Below, piece after piece: positions 58,201 through 64,000 of a stretch of DNA of 64,000 bases. Position 1 is the first letter of the stretch, and each line of letters starts with the position of its first letter. The DNA is from Gordius albopunctatus (lineage: Eukaryota), in NCBI GenBank assembly GCA_964276515.1, contig OZ193910.1:1922001-1986000 (forward strand), written 5' to 3'. Position numbers and translations under genes: made by a program. The notes beneath the pieces are model-generated. The model did no database searches. It saw nothing but the letters and a program-made list of their open reading frames with translations, and was not told where the DNA came from.

Positions 58201-61200
58201 GACTTAGAGATTTGGAATGTAGTTAAAAACCTAGACTCAGACCTACCAAATATTCGCAGAAATTTCCATCTAAATCGGTCCAGCCGTTTCGGAAGAGTTT
58301 AACCACCCACACCGTGACACGTGAATTATATATATATAGATAATTGGAATTAGAGGGGGGGGCAATAAGGATTTAAGGAGGGGGAAAATGATCATTTTTT
58401 GAAATTTTAGCCCCATAATTTTCAACAAATTTGGGATTTGGAGGGAGGCAGCCGCCCCTCTCTGCTGACTACGCCCATATATAAATATAAGAATGAATTC
58501 CGCCGTAAGATTTAAATATTTAGTTATAATTGAATGGTTTAGGGCTTACCGCAGTTGGTATGGTGGGATCGTCTCGAATCATGGTCCTATTAATCACAAA
58601 TAAATAAATATTATTTCACTTCTATCAACATAAAACTAGATATCATCTACCTTTTACAGACAAAAATTTATCTAAAAATTCGCAATAATATTTTTTATAC
58701 TTTAATGTAGTGCGGAGCTTTGTTGAATTGCCTTTAGCCAAATCAGAGCTAGTGTTAGAATCCATCTTGGCGTCCGATTTAATTTCTAATAAAGGGATAA
58801 ACGTCATAATTTCAAAATTTATAGCCTTTAGCAATTTTCAAGCATAAAAATTATATTTTAATGAGCACGATGGTAAGACTAAAACACATATCTACTCTTA
58901 AAAACTCTTATCCCCATATATTAAACGGGTTTTGAAATTTTTTTTTAAATAAAAAGTTTATTAATATATGGCTAATTATTATACGGTAAAATGTGATACA
59001 ATTAAAAAAATTAAATAAGAGCGTCAAATAGCTAATATATCTTCATCTTCCTCTTTCAACGAAGGACAAGAATCCAAAAAGGATTTAAAGTTGAATTTTG
59101 CGATTAAAATCGCAATTGATTGTTTTAGTAGAAATGCGGGAGAATATTTAGAAGGAGGAGATCGTCTGCCTATTTCTTTAAAAAAGGCTAATGCCATTTT
59201 CCCATAAGAGCCGGAACAGGGTGAAACTATGGGGATAAAAATACTTGAGTTCAAAAGGGCCTCCTTGTATTTTGTTAATTTGCGCCCCTCGGCGAGTGCC
59301 ATTGGATCATAATTGAGATTTGAAGGGGCAAACAAATCGATGCATGTAAAGTGTCCCATTTTAAGAATAGACCGTTTTCCCAAGGCACAAGTGAGGAGCC
59401 GTCAGGGCGCATTCGACCCTCAAGAGAGGGGTCTGACGGCTCAAGAATGGACGGGATTTTAGCCTTTTTAAGGGCTGACTGGGTGATGAAGTTGATTTTA
59501 GAGTGTCGTATGTGTCTGAATTTGTTTAACCTGCAATGTAATGGATGACGGGCTTCTTCTTCAACTGGCAAGTCGCAATTTCTACATGCATATGGTTTGG
59601 TGTATTTGATGCCAAGGCGTAGAGCTGTACTGTAGGATAGCTCGGAGTCCTCCAACATCATGTTTGAATATTTACTGGGGTAAGCCTCCAGCCATTCGTG
59701 GCCAGATTTATCAAACACCAATGGCCGAAGGTTGTAATGTTGTTTGGTATCGCTGCTCGTAAGTAGGTGAGCAACGGAGCGCGAAACCAAACAAGCATCC
59801 CCCCAATCTTTTTGAATGGATGTTTGTGGATAGGAGGTTTCTGGAATAACATCAAGGTTCCAGAGGGATAGGGCCTTGACGAATGTTTCATCGGAGGGGT
59901 ATGGGATTAATTTTTCTACAATGGATTTTGAAGAAAGGTGGGAGGGAGGATATGAATGAGGAGGCCGATGATAAGGAGCTTGGTGAACGAATTCCCAGGC
60001 CTCCAGATTTTGTTGGTAATGTGGCTTGTAGCCAGCTGCTTGTATCGAATGATAAGCTGAGGGTGGATTCCATGACGGATTTTATGTGGGTTTCGTAATT
60101 ATGTAAGATATGTGTATGCAAAAATGCCCTTGTAGATCGGAAGCAAAATAATATTTTGGAAATATTAAAGTAGTTTTTCAATATGTAAAATCCGTGATGG
60201 GCGGGCAGAAGCTTAAAAATTTCATTTTTACATTTTAAGTTCTTAAGGTTATTGTCGAGATATTTTTTTAAAGATTCTGGACCGCCTATTGGAGAACCTA
60301 GTAAAAATACCTCGTCCTTCTCAAGGCGTAGGAAAGATGCAATGTATGGGTGGATGTCAGTTGTGCCGTTGGAATAAATTTCGCATTTTGTCGCGTTTAA
60401 TGATAGGTTAAGTTTTATGTAGTATTCATTAATGATGTTAAGAGCTTTGATTAGCTCTTCCGTGGTGCCTGATAGGGTGGCATCGTCGAGATACCATACG
60501 TTCAACCACAAATTGCATTTGTCGTTGATTTCATCTATTAATGGTTTGATGGCCATACAAAATAAGGGGGGGACAAGGTGTCCAAATTTTAAAATAGACG
60601 GGGTGCCATAACTTAGAATATAGTTGGCATATTGGGGAAAAGCATCATCAATGAAAGTGTTAATAAAGGAATTTCTATTTAGGTTGTTAAAGGCATTTTG
60701 AAAGTCTAATTTTATAAAAGACTCGCTGGGCGGTAGATTTTCAAGGGTCAATCTAGCAGCATGCGTAGCTATTTCACATCCCCCTTTAACACCGAATCCT
60801 AGCTGATGAGGCATTAGAGATGGGGATAAATTATGCTTGATTGCTTTGCATATTATTTTAGAGATGATTCTTCTAAAAACTCCGCCGATAACGATCGGTC
60901 TCAATGATTTGTTTGGTTTTTCGATAGCAAGTAACTTTGCCCCAAAAACTATCAGTCGTACTTCCTGGGGAATGTTGCCAATAATTATTAGATTGCAAAC
61001 ATTTGTTAGGGCAGTTAGTAAACCTGGAGAGTTGATGTTTTCGACTTTTATAAGATCTTGAAGATAGATTGGTTTAATGCCATCCAAACCTGCAGCAGAA
61101 TCCATGGGAAAGGAATGGATAGCTTCACTTATATCTGAGGACTCTAGAGTTATGCTGGATGGTGTAAGAGGGAAGGTATATTGTGAGTAATGTTTGGGGT

Positions 61201-64000
61201 GTTTTGCTAGGAGTTGATGATATGATTCCTGACTAGGGGTTACAATTGGATTGTTTTCCTCTAAAAGTCTCATGGCTCCTTTTATATTAAATGAGTGAAT
61301 TTTCCTGGATATCCTAGTTGCTGTTTGTTTAGGAGTTGAAGATATTAATTTTCCTTCATCGGGTGTATAATCTGCAAGTGTATTATTAATGTCAAAATTC
61401 AAAATTTCATTTTTAAATTTTTTGTGATAGGTTTGTTTCCTTAGATTTGGGTACCGCCAAAATGTGATAAGAGAATTTGATTAATTTTTCCCATGCAACA
61501 ATGTTGTGTGGATCACTTATGATAGTATTTAGCAAGTTTATTAGAAATTGTTGCAAACAAGGACGTGCTCCTCTTGGAATTCTTGAAATTGTGGGGGTGA
61601 AGTCATGTGCCAAAAGGACTTTACTCCATGTTGAATCCAGAGGCTCATCACTGTAATAAACATTATTAGGGGTAGCTGGGAATGTATTAGAGTTTGGTAT
61701 AATGTCAATATTATTATTAGGTTCAATTTCTAGTGCTGTACGAGGACATATTATGTTTGGGGGAGCCAGCTTACCAGATGAAGGGCATTTAGCTGATAAT
61801 GGGCTATGGGGGACAAAACAATTTTTTTTGTTCAGACAAATGTTTCTCTTACCAGTAGGGCATAGAGATTTAAGTGCTAACATGGGTGTAAGATGACAAA
61901 TAAAGATTAATAAGAATTTCAAACGTGCGAGATTGAGATTTACAGGGTATGTGTTATATTGGTTGGTATTATGCCTTTATGTTATAACATATAAGTTTGT
62001 TTATTCTCAGATTTAAGTGGTATACAGCTATACAGCAAAGGTAAAAGGTTGTTATGCAATATAAATTAAACCCTTTAAGGTGAGATTAGGGAGTCCATAA
62101 ATGAGCACAGTAAAATTTTATATTGCATAAATAAAAGATATTACGAAACATAAAATTGTATATTGCTCAAATTTTGATAATCTTTTTTCAAAAAGATTAA
62201 ACCATCTATCCAGGGAACATCATGGTTTATTGGTAAGAATATATAATTGGGTATTGCATGAATAGCGGATTTCTTTCATCAATAGGGGTTTAGAGATTAA
62301 CACATATATATTAAACGGGTTTTGAAATTAAACCAATCAGAGGCAGAATTGTGCATGGGCGTAACCAAGGGGGGGGGGCCTCTAAATCGAAAAATTTATT
62401 AAAATTATGGGGCTAAAATTTCATAAAAAGTTCGCTTTGCCCTCTAATAATTCCAATGCTCAGCCAAATAGCCTAAAATCCCGGTGCAGCCACTCATATT
62501 TAACAAAGGTCACCTTTGAATCTAACTACTTCAATATTTCAATTAATGCTTTAAAATTAAGTTAAATTTGCTTTCATGGGCCTAGCCAGCAGTGGATTCA
62601 GAGGGGGGGGGCAGCCGCCCCTCCTTGCTTCACCCCTTGGCTATTAGTTTTGGCTGGCATATTAATTGATTTGTTAAAATGCTTATGGGTTATTAAATTA
62701 ACGATTTACATTGTCTTGTCTACTACCTCTATGCGGATTCTTAAATTTTCAAATGTGGAGATTTATAAAAAAAACGACAATATTTATTTGTTGAAATTCC
62801 TATTATACGTACCCTGACAATCTTTTTCATCGCTCCCATCTTGGCAATGGGGTATTCCATCGCAAACATCATATATGGCGATGCATCTGGGCTGCCCAGA
62901 TTCACATTGAAATTCGTAAGCCGGATTACAAGGGCCACTACTACTACTACCTAGAAGAGATGTGTTAAAAGATGATATAAATTGAAATGGGAAACAAAAA
63001 ATATTAATAAAAATCAACAATTTTATATTAAAATATGTTATATATTTTGTTAGTTTACTAGTTGAATAAATTGCATAATTTTAATAATGTAAAGATTATG
63101 AAAATAGGCATTGAGTTAGGGAAATAATGAAAAAAAAGAACATGATTTAAATGATAAGTAAATAAAAAATAGCCAGCGGTCAAACTTTAAACAAGGATCA
63201 GAAAATATATACATTTTTGGTTTAAAAATTTCCTTCAATTTTTAACTTTTATGCATTTAAAAATTTGGAATTTTTCGGATTATATGATTTGAGAAAGTAT
63301 TTCACTTCATAATACACCCAAAATTATATCAAAGAAATATAAAGATAAGCGATAAAGAAACAGATTTCAATCTACAAATCAAATATTTTTAGACTAATAG
63401 ATGGATAACATAATCTTACAAATATAAATTTTAAAAAAATCCTTACTTTTTAAAGGTGATTCCAAATTTGCAAAATTAGATTGTAGATTATAACCATTTA
63501 ATTTAGAGTTTTTACTTAGTCTTTGATTGAACCCATTTCTAATATCATATAAATTGTTATCAATTTGTTGGTTGTATGGAGGCCAGTACAATTGTTGATT
63601 AACATGTGGGATTACTTCCTTTAAATAGTTATCCCTGGGATACATTCTTTCTGTATAATTTAATATAAAACTTTGAATAACTTATTTATACATTAAATTG
63701 ATTATTAAAATTGAAATAGTAATTTTTACCATAAATTAAATTTTAAAATATAAATAATGATTTTTCATTTAAAAATTGTAAATGACTAAAAAAATGTTAT
63801 TTTACCTATTTGGTTATCATCACTTCTTGGCATAGAGGATTGCAAAATTTCTTGTGGTTGATAGAATTTTGGATTATTTTGATTTGGCATTACAAATTGG
63901 CCATATGGATACAACTTATTTGGGTTAGATAAATCATTTAAATTATCAGATTTTCTCCTATGATTATAAAGAATATCAGTATTACCCAGAGAAACATGTC
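55208..64000 (-). CDS. LDL-receptor class A domain, single-pass membrane protein (LRP11/MANSC-like); 5' end outside the window
   Basis: LDLa exon ~62812-62952 (CNPAYEFQCESGQPRCIAIYDVCDGIPHCQDGSDEKDC). Last exon 55208-55744 has a hydrophobic TM (AALAFAIGLCLVFAAITITCL) and DADKL tail motif. Low-complexity exons near 58550-58785 and 63440-63960; internal exon boundaries approximate. Confidence 0.75.
55958..58340 (-). mobile_element. Non-autonomous Helitron in an intron, containing an RTE fragment
   Basis: Minus strand reads A|TCTATATATAT...AAACGGCTGGACCGATTT at 58340 and ...CAAAACAACGTTTGCTGGGTCAGCTAG|T at 55958: 5' TC, 3' CTAG, weak subterminal hairpin, A-T target, no TSD. Confidence 0.8.
56764..57165 (-). 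mobile_element. RTE LINE 3' fragment nested in the Helitron span
   Basis: Reverse complement is highly similar to 53435-53840. Confidence 0.9.
58940..62305 (-). mobile_element. CRE-like (RT + CCHC + RLE) non-LTR retrotransposon with both ends defined; defective
   Basis: ORF pieces from 61922 to 59024 with RPIVIG, KLDFQNAFN, WYLDD, CRNC..HPLHC, RH and RPDG. Poly(A) (T-run from ~58938) with AATAAA at 58957-58962 on minus. 24-bp TSD ATATATTAAACGGGTTTTGAAATT at 58916-58939 and 62306-62329. Confidence 0.93.

Noticed and set aside
58916..58939. Spliced-leader gene as the CRE target
   Set aside because: No match to nematode SL1 or other leaders I know, and no tandem array context.

Overview
AT-rich, intron-dense animal (invertebrate-like) genomic DNA; the species cannot be determined from this window. 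Four spliced host genes: an S9-family serine peptidase (+, 8236-15180), a thioester-protein family gene (TEP/CD109/A2M-like; -, 41051 to 26074, possibly to 15337), MCM5 (-, 49754-42815), and a 5'-incomplete LDLa-domain single-pass membrane protein (-, >64000 to 55208). Much of the rest is transposon-derived: Gypsy LTR remnants, RTE LINEs, CRE-like RLE non-LTR elements, a non-autonomous Helitron, and hAT and Tc1/pogo MITEs. No prokaryotic systems, CRISPR arrays or intact RNA genes were seen, and I cannot support a wholly new biological system. Most notable observations: (1) the TEP has lost the thioester Cys (ASAEQ) and apparently the catalytic His; (2) 5' exons are CpG-poor and 3' exons CpG-rich in two genes, suggesting 5'-biased gene-body methylation; (3) a ~3.5-kb Gypsy fold-back palindrome; (4) a CRE-like insertion with a 24-bp TSD; (5) a Helitron with insect-like ends; (6) HGGP->HVGP in the peptidase; (7) 34-44 nt introns and two GC-AG introns. 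All coordinates and counts were read by eye.
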